The notes under the pieces were generated by a model. The model did no database searches and was not told where the DNA came from. It saw only the letters and a list, made by a program, of their open reading frames with translations. The position numbers and the translations under genes are program-made. A stretch of DNA of 64,000 bases from Selaginella moellendorffii (Eukaryota; Plantae; Lycopodiophyta). Where the stretch lies: the NCBI RefSeq assembly GCF_000143415.4, contig NW_003314299.1, forward strand, positions 668,229-732,228. The letters are read 5' to 3'. Positions 12,497 through 22,571 of the stretch are shown here, one piece after another. Within the stretch, counting starts at the first letter, position 1. Every line of letters starts with the position of its first letter.

Positions 12497-12788
12497 GGAT
12501 TTGCTGCTCTTGATCGATCACAGTGGCTGAATCGTTAGTTGGCCGCTATGATCAAACTCTAACTTGGTTTTCCATGGCGCTAACTGCAGTCGGCATGAAA
12601 TCAAACAACACGCGTCCGTGTACGTACCTTGAGAATCAACTCCACGAAGTCCTCGGTGAACCAGGAGACTCGGAGCCCGAGCACAAACATCCCTGGTGAC
12701 CCCTGGACTGGAATCGATCTCGCGGGTCTCCTTTCTTCTCTCTCCCTCTTGCTCGGCTTGTTTCGTTTACCAAAATTTTTGCCAAAAA

Positions 12789-12861
12789 TTCCGTTGCCGG
12801 GAATTGAACCCGGGTCTCTCGGGTGAGAGCCGAGTATCCTGACCGACTAGACTACAACGGA
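12789..12861 (-). tRNA. tRNA-Glu (CTC)
   Basis: Reverse complement TCCGTTGTAGTCTAGTCGGTCAGGATACTCGGCTCTCACCCGAGAGACCCGGGTTCAATTCCCGGCAACGGAA forms a cloverleaf with anticodon CTC. Confidence 0.95.
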
Positions 12862-13102
12862 GTACATTACTTTTAGCGACTCGGACGGTTTAGGGTTTAG
12901 GTGGTGTTAGAATTCGTGCGAAAAAAAAGCTTTCAAATTTAAGCGTATTAGGGCTCTTCCAATTTCTCGCGTTTGTACCGCGCGGTTACTAGTGTGTGCC
13001 GCGCGACCCGGCTTGTGCTGCGCAGTACATTTGATTAGTAAATGAGTCGATAGATGAGATCGATCAAGCTAGAAAGAATGTATTTACACGATCTATAGAT
13101 CT

Positions 13103-13774
13103 CTAATGAGCAGCGATCATGGGCTTACACATCATTCTCTTGAATTCGAGGAAATCGACCAGGCCATCGCCGTTGGAATCCACCATCCGGATCATCCTGG
13201 AGCAACTGGGGCGGCCGCCATGCTCCTCCACGAATCCTAGCCTGGCGAGAACCGTGTGGAGCTCCTCCACCGTGATGAATCCATCGTTGTCGCGGTCGAA
13301 GACCCTGAAAGCCTCCATCAGATCTTCTTCCTCTTGATCTTCGCCCTCGCAATCCGGCGCTTCCTCTCCGTCCAGAATATCCCTGCGACCGTGGAAGATG
13401 GAGCAAAACTCCCCGAAATCTACGAATCCGTCGCCGTCCTCGTCGATCGCCTCGAGCGTGGCGGCCACGTCGCGATCCGAGAGGCTGCGATCCAGCCGCA
13501 GCATCATCTGTGCGATGTCGCCCTTGCAAATCAGACCGTCGCGGTTGCTATCGAATTCCTGGAAGACATTCCAAAGCTCTCTCTCCTCTTCTTTCCTACC
13601 ACGCAAATTTAGGGCTCTTGGGCAGCTTGGCGATGGAGATGGAGTGAGGAGGGGCTGGCAGTGCCATCCATAGTCCATGAGATGGGGCAAATGGAGCGAG
13701 CACGGCGCGATGGAATCCCTCGCCCTCATTCTTGCTTTCTTCGCGATTCCTTGTGGGATTGTCGGCGCATCCAT
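13103..13774 (-). CDS. Calmodulin-like (CML) four-EF-hand calcium-binding protein
   Basis: Four EF-hand loops: DSNRDGLICKGD, DEDGDGFVDFGE, DRDNDGFITVEE, DSNGDGLVDFLE. True start may be the downstream ATG at 13678. Confidence 0.9.
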   Translation of the reverse strand: MDAPTIPQGIAKKARMRARDSIAPCSLHLPHLMDYGWHCQPLLTPSPSPSCPRALNLRGRKEEERELWNVFQEFDSNRDGLICKGDIAQMMLRLDRSLSDRDVAATLEAIDEDGDGFVDFGEFCSIFHGRRDILDGEEAPDCEGEDQEEEDLMEAFRVFDRDNDGFITVEELHTVLARLGFVEEHGGRPSCSRMIRMVDSNGDGLVDFLEFKRMMCKPMIAAH

Positions 13775-14245
13775 GCGAGTAGCAGCTCCTCCTTTGCCTT
13801 GGCGATCGATGCATACTTATCGATGCCGCCAACGCGCTTGTGCGAAGAATCGAGAAGTAGTGTCACGCATTTCTACGATTGCCGGCGCCAGGAAGCTGCT
13901 AAGAACCCTAGCTTTGGAAAGCGCTGGCGCGTGGATTTCGGGTGGAAGATTCAAGCACGACTTCGCCAAAGTCGTGACATCACTCTCAGAGGTCAGTGCT
14001 ACTATCGTGTAGTTCCTCCATTCTTGGAGAAGATCTCAAGCGTTCTTCGCCATTGTTCTTTCGTTGCTAGGTTCTCTATCTTTTCTTTTGTCGAGGTCCA
14101 CTTATCCATGTATTTCGTCAGAGCTTTAGATGCCACGACAATCGAGGGAGTTTTATATCTGGGACTGCTCCAGCGATTAAGATCACTCGGGAGTAAGTCC
14201 ATAGCTCTCCATTGTTTAAGATCATCTCATAGTTTATACTGACAG

Positions 14246-14249
<4 letters not shown>

Positions 14250-14279
<30 letters not shown>
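14250..14279 (+). repeat. (CT)n microsatellite in the 5' region of the GT17 gene
   Basis: About 15 CT units directly visible. Confidence 0.95.
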
Positions 14280-14282
<3 letters not shown>

Positions 14283-14477
14283 CTTCCCAGAGTAACTTTG
14301 AGTAACTTTTGCTCCAGCGATGGCTGTAGTGGTCAGACAAAGGCCAATCGCCAGGTACTTACAAGATTCCTTTGCAAGAGAGTGACTCTCTCGCACTCCT
14401 TCTCTCTCCCTCGTTTCTCACTTGGTTCCTTCCATTCCCACGAAGCAGTGCACGAATCATCGGTCCGGAAGAAAAGG

Positions 14478-15749
14478 ATGCTCTCGAGAAAGCCACGAGG
14501 GAGAAAAATCTTAGCGGCCGCTTTGGTACTCGTGTTGATCCTCTGCCTTCACGCTGGCTACTCCAATTTCTTGAGCTTATCATACTTTCTCAGGCCCGTC
14601 TGGGACACACCACCGAAGCCATTCGACTTCATCACTCACTACTTCGCTCACAACCTCTCCCGCTCGGATCTGTGCGAATTACACAACTGGGAAGTGAGAG
14701 AGACCCCTCGCCGTGTCTTTGACGCCATCATCTTTAGCAACGAGCTCGACCTACTGGAGATCCGGTGGAGAGAATTGTATCCTTTCGTGACCAAGTTCGT
14801 GCTCCTGGAAGCAAATGGTACTTTCACAGGTCTGGCCAAGCCGCTCTTCTTCGCGAAAAACAGCTACAGGTTCTTGTTTGCGGCCTCGAAGCTGTTCTAC
14901 CGGGAGATCTGGACGAGGCCTTTGCTGGAGAATGAGAGTCCTTTCACGACGGAGGTGTTCCAGCGACAGCAAATGGATCGAGCGCTGGTGGCTGCGGGGA
15001 TTGAAGAAGGAGACATCGTTATCATGTCAGATGCTGATGAGATCCCGAGTTGGCACACGCTGGAGCTGCTAAGGTAGAGTTTTGTTTTAGTGTCTTTTTC
15101 ACTTGTCTGTCTTGGTCGTAGTGTTCTTCGTTGGCACAGTCGTGTTTTGGCTGTGTTGGTCTAGGTGATGTCTGTGAGTTTCCAAACTTTCGAGAATAGT
15201 TTATAGTTTGGCTGTCGGCTTTGTGATGCGTGAGTTTGATCAGTGCTAGTTTCCTTGTGCAGATGGTGCGATGGATTTCCTTCTCCCATGCACCTCCAAA
15301 TGAGAAACTATCTCTACTCGTTCGAGTTCCTGGTGGACGAGAAAGCTTGGAGGCCGTGCGTGCATTTGTATCAGCCGGGCGCCACCAAGTATGGCCACTT
15401 CCGAAGGTCAGATTTCATACTCGCAGACGCAGGGTGGCACTGCAGCTTCTGTTTCAGACACGTCAGTGAGATCCTGTTCAAGATCAGAGCCTACAGCCAC
15501 GCAGACCGGCTGAAAGCCTCGCGCCTCGGCTCGGTGGACGCCGAGATAAGAATCCAGGACGCGGTTTGTAAAGGCAGGGACCTGTTTGGCCTCCTTCCGG
15601 AGGAGTACACGTTCAAAGAGCTGGTAGCCAAGATGGGAAACGCCGCGAGATCTCACGCAGCAGTCCATTTGCCGCTGTGGTTGCTGCGAAACGCTCACAA
15701 GTTTAAGTTTTTACTTCCAGGACACTGCCTCCGGGAGTATGATCCATGA
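14478..15749 (+). CDS. GT17 family beta-1,4-N-acetylglucosaminyltransferase (MGAT3/GnT-III-like), 2 exons
   Basis: Exons 14478-15073 and 15263-15749. Type II TM anchor, RRVFDAIIFSNELDLLEIRWREL, MSDADEIPS, LADAGWHCSFCFR, KFLLPGHCLRE. Confidence 0.92.
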
Positions 15750-15878
15750 AGAACACTGGTGGTAAGCTTTCGTTTTTAAAGCAAAGTTTTTGGTAACATT
15801 CTTTTTCCTTCGTCCACAGCACAGCCTTCGGCCACCCCGCAGATAGAAAAGCTCGACTCGCAAACGATCGCACAGAGT

Positions 15879-18800
15879 CTACTCCAAGGGGTCGCCTCCG
15901 GACTTTGGATCCACACGCAAGGTGGTCCTCCTTGCGCTGCTGCTACTCTCGGTCGTGGACGACGACGCTGGAGACGCTGGCGCTGGAGCCATGTAAGCCG
16001 TACCAAAGTTCTTCCGCGACCTCCCTTCAAACGTTGGAGCTCCTCTGTCCACCACCTGCTTGGTGTCCTCGGCAAAGGTCGTCCCTCTCGCCTTGAAAAC
16101 TCTGATCCTCGGCCTTCCTCCTCCAGCCGCGTTCTTGCGATCCTCCTCGGCCTTTCTAGCCACTGCGTCCTCCTCCTTTCTCGCTCTTTCCTCATCGTCC
16201 AGCCTCTTCTTCTCGGCTTCCCTGCGTTTCCTCTCCTCTTCTTCCTGGATTCTCCTCTTGCGAGCTTCTTCTTCCTCGGCCTCTCTGCGTTTTCTCTCCC
16301 GTTCTTCCTCCTGGTGTTTCCTTCTGCGCGCTTCCTCCTCCCTGTGCTTTCGTTCCTCCTCCTCCCGCTTCCTCCTCAGCTCTTCCTCGCCCTCCTTCCT
16401 CTTGCGCTCTTCCTCTTCCATTCTTCTCTTCATCTCCTCCTCTTGAGCTCGCTTCTTCTTCGCTTCCTCTTCCTCCCTCAGCCTTCTCTCTTCCTCTTCC
16501 TTGATACGGAGACCCTCGACCGCTTTCCTTCGCTCCTCGTCTTCGTTAAGCTTCTTTCCCTCGTCATTGCTTCCCACACTTTGTTTTTGCTCGGCCAGTT
16601 CTTGCTCACGCTGTTTTAGCCGTCTTTTCTGTTCGGCCAGTTCCTCTTCGAGTCGTTTTGCTTCTGCTTCGGCCGCAGCCTTCCTCCTTGCTTCTTCCTC
16701 GTCCCCGGCTCCAGTTATTCCACCTTTCTTCCTGGCTTCTCCTTCTTCAGCTAACAGTCTCTTTCTCCTTGCTTCTTCTTCTTCTTCTTCGGCTAACAGT
16801 CTCTTCCTCCTTGCTTCTTCTTCTTCCGTTAACAGTCTCTTCCTCCTTGCTTCTTCTTCTTCCGTTAACAGTCTCTTCCTCTTTGCTTCTTCTTCTTCTT
16901 CGGCTAACAGTCTCTTCCTCCTTGCTTCTTCTTCTTCCGTTAACAGTCTCTTCCTCTTTGCTTCTTCTTCTTCTTCGGCTAACAGTCTCTTCCTCCTTGC
17001 TTCTTCTTCTTCCGTTAACAGTCTCTTCCTCTTTGCTTCTTCTTCTTCTTCGGCTAACAGTCTCTTCCTCCGTGCTTCTTCTTCTTCAGCTAACAATTTT
17101 TTCCTCCTTGCTTCTTCGTCTTCTTCAGCTAACAATCTTTTCCTCCTTGCTTCTTTCTCAGCAGCTGCCAATGCTTTTCTCTTTGCCTCTTCTTCAGCCT
17201 CTCCACCTGCGTCTTTATCTTCTCTACCACCACCTCCTTCTCCAGCCAAATCACTTTTCTTCTTTTTGTCTTCATCATTTTTCTGAGTTTCGCCACCTTT
17301 CTTCTTTGCGTCGTTTCCAGCTGCCGCTCTGCTCTTTGCCTGTGCTTCAGCTGCCGCTTTCTTTCTTGCCTCCTCTTTCCTCCGTTGCTCTTCCTCTTGC
17401 TTCCTCTGCATCTCTTCCTCTTGTTTCCTGCGCAACGCTTCGGCTGCCTTGCGCTTTGTATCTTCTTCTGCCTCTGCCAAAAAGAATGAAAAAGGTGAAG
17501 CATACGCGACGGTGTTAAAACAAAAGCTACCTCTGAGAGACGCTTCGTTTGCCGCTGACTTCCCTCTAGTTTCGTCACCACCGGGCTTCGTCTGTGCATT
17601 CAAGACGGATGAATGAGTGACCCGAGCTTTTACGGCCTTGTCCTTAGACCACCTGGTCCCTGCTTGGGGATCCCGACTGTCGACTTATGATCCGTGTGGT
17701 AGCCATTTCTAGGACTCTTGTTTGGTCCTTGACTTGAGTGTTTCACCATACCTTGGCAGATTTGTCCGGAGTGACAGGAGCCTTCTTGGCTGCCACTGGA
17801 GGTGATGCTGGAGCTGCTGGAGCGGCAGCAACCTTCTTTCCTGCTTGAGGAGGCGATGGTGGAGCTGCGGGAGAAGCAGCAGCCTTCTTTCCAGCTGCTG
17901 GCGGTGGAGGCGATGGTGGAGCTGCTGGAGAAGCAGCAGCCTTCTTTCCAGCTGCTGGCGGTGGAGGCGATGGTGGAGCTGCAGGAGCAGTTGCAGCCTT
18001 CTTCGCAGCTGGTGGAGGAGGAGTTGGCGGGCTTTTGGAAGTGTTGAGTAGCTCGAACTTGGCCTTGGCTGCCTCGGCCTCACGTAGCTCTTTGGAGAGC
18101 TTCCTGATCTCGTTCTCCAGTTTGCTAGCTTTCCTGACCCACTTTTCCTTCTCGGCTGTTTCGGTGTCTAGCTGCTCGGTTAGCTTTGCTGCCTTGTCTT
18201 CCAGCTCCCTCCGTCTCTTCTCGTCCGCCTTGTTGGAATTGCTCGTTTCCAGTGCCTTTTGCTTGAACGCAGCAGTTTCTTGCTTCGTTTTCTCTAGATT
18301 CTTGTGAATCGCCTGCAGCAAAGCCAAGCCTGTGAAAATTGTCTTGCAAAAGAAGAAGCTTACTGTTAGACAGCTCTCGAGACGCTTGTTTGCAATCTCC
18401 AATAGTACTGCTTTGTCCTTCACAAGCGCGAGTTCTCTGTTCTCACAACTCAGCTTGTTCTGCCCCGCTTTCAAGCGCTTCATGTATTTCAGCAGCCTGA
18501 TAATTTCATCGGCAAACACATTTCTTTCAACCTCCAGTTCCTGGCATTCTAGAAACACATTAGAAAATCCCTGGCAAACAAAGTGCTGCTATGCTCTTAC
18601 TCTGGAGCGCGTTAGGCGAACATCTCTCCTCAGTGTGAAAAGCTCATCGCGTTGTTCTTCACAAACCATGTGAAGATCTTCTAGTCTAGTTTTCAATCCT
18701 GCACTTCTCTCTGGTTTAACATTTGAAATGGAAAAGATAAGAGCTATACCATAAACTTTGCTACGTAACCTCTCAGGGCCGCCAGTTCTGCGAGCATCAG

Positions 18801-19324
18801 TTCGTTGCAGCTCCAAATCCTCAAGATCTTTTTCAAGTTTCCTACAGACAAAAACAAGCAGCACTTTCTATAGAACAAAGCTAGCAAATACGAGAAGAAG
18901 ATACTGACCTGTTCTCGTTCTCTACCGTCGAGGCTTGAATCCTCTGAGCAGCAATCTTGCGATTCTGGTGCTGGAGCTCGGTTTTCAACGTGATCACCTC
19001 CTCCAGCAGCGATTCCTTGTCGCGAGCAGCAATGATAAGTCGCTTTGGAAGCTGGAACTCGAGCGGGGGACACGTCTGAGGCCGGGGTGGCTCCACTGGG
19101 GCAGTCGGAGGCAACCAAGCACCTCCACCAATCCCCACAACGTCCGGCTTCTCCATTGCCAAGCTGGTCTCCATGAACGGCTCAAACACGTAAGAAACTC
19201 CTCCCTGATCGACTGCCACATTTCTTCTCTCGCTCGGTGACTGATATCTGTTGGTCTCGTAAGGCGAAGAATAGCAACTCGAATCCTCCGGATCGCTACT
19301 CATTGTTCTCGGAGACGTCGTCAT
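15879..19324 (-). CDS. Multi-exon coiled-coil protein with IQCE-like N-terminal region, Pro/Ala/Lys linker and long E/R/K helical repeat
   Basis: Spliceable ORFs 19324-18909, 18841-18601, 18540-~17750 and ~17480-15879 with GT-AG boundaries. N-terminal coiled coil resembles IQCE from memory; C-terminal EEEARRKRLL repeats. Confidence 0.7.
16745..17150 (-). repeat. Coding minisatellite of ~30-36 bp units (EEE(E)A(R/K)RKRLL(A/T))
   Basis: Units such as ttcttcttcttcggctaacagtctcttcctccttgc repeated about 12 times on the + strand. Confidence 0.9.
17800..18010 (-). repeat. Coding ~60-bp tandem repeat (AAGKKAAASPAAPPSPPPP)
   Basis: Three to four copies of ggaggcgatggtggagctgc...gagaagcagcagccttctttccagctgctggc. 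Confidence 0.85.
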
Positions 19325-19826
19325 GGAAACAGTGGCTACATCACTTCTCCATCGTCTCTCCTCTATTTCTTCTTCTTCTTTCGTTCGTCTTACTCGTTCT
19401 TCACACTGTTTTCTCCCTCAAACTAGACCTCTGATAAGAAAGAAGAAAGGGAAAAAAGAACGAAAACCATTACTGTGTCAATGTTTCTTCTCTCACCCAC
19501 ATTCCCCAAAAATCTCCACAAAGTTTCTCACATTTCCAAAAGCGGCCGGATTCTCTCTACACAACGCGCTACATTCTTCCAAAACTTTGACACCACAATG
19601 CCCGATCTCTTTCTCTCACAAGAAAAAAACCCTTGCTCACGAATCTAAACGCCCACTCACGAAAGGATCGAAACAAACCATTGCGCTCGCAGGAATCCAA
19701 TCGATCGATCGATCGCTCGCATGCTGCGCGCTTCGAGAGCACGGAAACCCTGTGCCCTAGGAGAGAGAGGTACGAGGAAGCACCGTACGGACGTCCGTTC
19801 GTTGTGAAACCCCCAACACGTCAGCC

Positions 19827-22097
19827 CTAGAAACCAAGCCCGGGAATTAGGGCAAGAAGCTCCCCATGGAATTTGCTCGCGCCAAGCAGCGATGTCCACG
19901 CCGCCGCGATCGGCTCGAACGGCATTTCCCGGATCAAATCCCGGGCTTGTTCCAGCTGCCCGGATCTCGCGAGGCCGTCGACAATGCATTGGTAGTGATC
20001 CACAATTGGGGCGATTTCTCGCTCCGGGAAGGAATTGAGGTAGCTGCCCGCGTGCTTGATCCTGCCCAGGTGGCTGCAAGCGCCCAGGAGCGCGATGAAA
20101 GTGATCCCATCGGGTGCCACGCCGTGGATCTCCATTTCTTGGAAGAGCTCGCAAGCCAGGCCGCTATGCCCGCTGTGGGCATACGCGCCCACCATCGCTG
20201 TCCACGACACGGCGTCGCGGCGGGGAAGGGTATCGAAGAGGAATCTCGCGCTGGCAAGGTGGCTGTTCTGGGCATATGCCGCGAAGAGCGCATTCCAGGC
20301 CATTGGGTTTGGCTCCTTGATGGCGTAAAAGATTCTTTTGGCATCTTCTACTAGGCCAGACTTTCCGTACGCTGTGATCATAGTGATGAAAGTTTCGAGA
20401 TCCGGGCTGGGATGTTGGTGGAACAATTCTGCTGCCTGCAGCACATGACCAGAACGGGCATATGCTGCGGTAAGGGTGCTCCAGCAAATGCTTGGTTTTG
20501 GATTGATGCTCTCGAATATGTTTCTGGCTTGGGAGATTCTTCCTGCCGTATAGTAGACCCCGATCATAGTGTTCCACAAACTCGAGCTCTTGTGAGGGAT
20601 TCTCGCAAAGAGCTCCATGGCTTCGTCTGGATGCCCGTTTTGGGCATATCCCGTGAGCATCACCCTCCACGCGATCAAATCCTTGCGTGGCATTGCCTCG
20701 AAAAGCCCTCTAGACTTTGCAATCTCGTTGTTGCGAGCATAAGCTTGGATCATCGAAGTCCAAGTCACGGTATTCTTTTCAGGGGCTGTACAGAAGAGAT
20801 CCTCGGCTTTCGCGAGATCTTCTGCAAGAATGTAGGCTTGGATGATCGCGTTCCAAGACACTACGTCCCTCCTCACCATGGAATCAAACACCGCTCTAGC
20901 TTCCGCTATATACCCATTCCGGGCATACGACGTGATCATCGAGTTCCACGACGAGACGGACTTCTCCGGCATGTTTTCGAACACACACTCGGCCTCGCGG
21001 AGATGCCCATCCCGGGCATATCCCAGGATCATAATGTTCCAGGAATCTACATCCCTCACAGACATCCGAGCAAGGAGGGCGCTGGCTTCGTCCATATACC
21101 CAGAATGGGCATATCCCAGGAGCATCGAATTCGATGCCTGGAGATTCTCCTCCGGGAAACTCTCGTACAAATCTCTCGCCTTGTCGAGAAACCCCTCGTG
21201 ACAAAACGCTTGTATGAGCGCCGTACTCGCAGCGATGGTCTTGTACGGCATTGTCTCGAACAAGGTGACGGCCTCGTCTACGTGACCAAGTTGTGAGTAC
21301 GCGGCCACCATGAGATTCCACGAGACAATGCTGGTATCGGGCATGGCATCAAAGATTTTCCTGGCATCGTCCAGGCATCCTTCCTGGACGAGGGAAGTGA
21401 GCAAGGAATTCCATGAAACTATATCCTTGTTGGGCATCTGTTGAAACAAGGTGGCGGCTTCTTTCGCATTGCCGCTCCGCGAATAGGCCATGATCATCGC
21501 GTTCCAGAGAATCGGGGTCTTCTCGGGGATGCTTTCGAAGACCCTCCTCGCGTCTTCGATCAAACTTAGCTGCGAGAAGACTTGGATCATCACCGTGACA
21601 GTGGCTTCGCTCTGGAGCGGCATTCTCTCGAAGAGGAGCTTCGCATGGAGGGGCTGGCCGCTGCTGGCGTAGAGAGTGAGCATGGAGTTCCAAGAGACGA
21701 CGTCCTTTTGCGGCATCTTGGCGAAGAGTTCTTGCGCTTGGAGTGTATGATCCTGCCGGGCATACGCCGAGAGCATGGTGTTCCAGGAGATGGCGTCCTT
21801 GCTGGGCATCTGGTCGAACACTTCCCTGGCCTCGCAAAGCTTCCCGTTTCGAGCGTAGACGTCGAGCATGATGTTCCAGGAGAAGTGGTTTGGAGCTTGG
21901 ATCCTGTCAAAGACCGCGCAAGCGTCTCGGGTGCTACCACACTTGCCATAGGCCTCGACGAGGAGATTCAAGAGGTACCTGTCGTGCTGGAGCTCGCGAG
22001 AAGCCGCTATGCGAGCGTCAAGACGCCGTGCCTCGGAGAGATCCCGGGAAGCTTTGCAAGACTTTAGGAGCTGCGCAATGTGTGCCGCGCAGGCCAT
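19827..22097 (-). CDS. Long PLS-class PPR protein (about 20 mostly 31-aa repeats, truncated E-like end, no DYW in this ORF)
   Basis: Intronless ORF; first ATG at 22097 (the track start at 22262 is GTG). Repeats of the type SWNxMxxAYAxxG...AxxxFxxMP; end HYQCIVDGLARSG...AWTSLLGA. Confidence 0.9.
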   Translation of the reverse strand: MACAAHIAQLLKSCKASRDLSEARRLDARIAASRELQHDRYLLNLLVEAYGKCGSTRDACAVFDRIQAPNHFSWNIMLDVYARNGKLCEAREVFDQMPSKDAISWNTMLSAYARQDHTLQAQELFAKMPQKDVVSWNSMLTLYASSGQPLHAKLLFERMPLQSEATVTVMIQVFSQLSLIEDARRVFESIPEKTPILWNAMIMAYSRSGNAKEAATLFQQMPNKDIVSWNSLLTSLVQEGCLDDARKIFDAMPDTSIVSWNLMVAAYSQLGHVDEAVTLFETMPYKTIAASTALIQAFCHEGFLDKARDLYESFPEENLQASNSMLLGYAHSGYMDEASALLARMSVRDVDSWNIMILGYARDGHLREAECVFENMPEKSVSSWNSMITSYARNGYIAEARAVFDSMVRRDVVSWNAIIQAYILAEDLAKAEDLFCTAPEKNTVTWTSMIQAYARNNEIAKSRGLFEAMPRKDLIAWRVMLTGYAQNGHPDEAMELFARIPHKSSSLWNTMIGVYYTAGRISQARNIFESINPKPSICWSTLTAAYARSGHVLQAAELFHQHPSPDLETFITMITAYGKSGLVEDAKRIFYAIKEPNPMAWNALFAAYAQNSHLASARFLFDTLPRRDAVSWTAMVGAYAHSGHSGLACELFQEMEIHGVAPDGITFIALLGACSHLGRIKHAGSYLNSFPEREIAPIVDHYQCIVDGLARSGQLEQARDLIREMPFEPIAAAWTSLLGASKFHGELLALIPGLGF

Positions 22098-22571
22098 ACA
22101 ATCCCCTGGATGTTCTTCGAAGTTAGATGGAATTTCTGCGAGAAATCGAGAGTCCCTACCTTGAAACCGAGACTCCAGTCCACTGATCGCTCTTCGGAGG
22201 TAGACGAAGAGAAATTGTGGGAAAGAATGCGCGAAATGTACGAAGAAGCATTGGCTATCCACTAGATCGCAAGAATGCTCGAAAGCATTGGCTATCCACT
22301 AGATTGCTGTGAAGAACACGTTAGAACTGGGCGCGAGGAAGAAATATGATCGATAGAAGAAAGAATGCTCTTGAAATTTAGGAATTCTGATGATCGCTAG
22401 CAGCTTGTGAGAAAGAATGCTCGAAATCTACGAAGAATTCTCGATTTATGAAGACTTATCCTCTTGATCGCTATGAAGAGCGCGCGCGGCCGTCTCTCTC
22501 CTAACTAGCTAAGAACACACCCTTGGAAAAGAAAAATATCTAATGGGGAGGGTTTAGGGTTTTTGTGCTTG

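Noticed and set aside
12887-12901. TTTAGGG telomere-like units
   Set aside because: Only about two units; telo-box-like rather than an interstitial telomere array.
13103-13774. EF-hand gene as the EFCAB7 partner of the nearby IQCE-like gene
   Set aside because: It is a short typical four-EF-hand CML; EFCAB7 is much larger. Proximity is likely coincidental.
16745-17150. Regular ~30-bp repeats resembling a CRISPR array
   Set aside because: No unique spacers, in-frame coding repeat, eukaryotic context and no cas genes.
16060-17518. Long + strand ORFs rich in Ser/Leu/Phe
   Set aside because: Antisense shadows of the E/R/K-rich coding sequence.
19866-22126. Multiple + strand ORFs over the PPR gene
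   Set aside because: Antisense to a clear PPR gene, with no recognisable motifs.
22221-22440. Short direct repeats (aagcattggctatccactagat twice; aagaatgctc units)
   Set aside because: Small local slippage duplications with no structure supporting an element.
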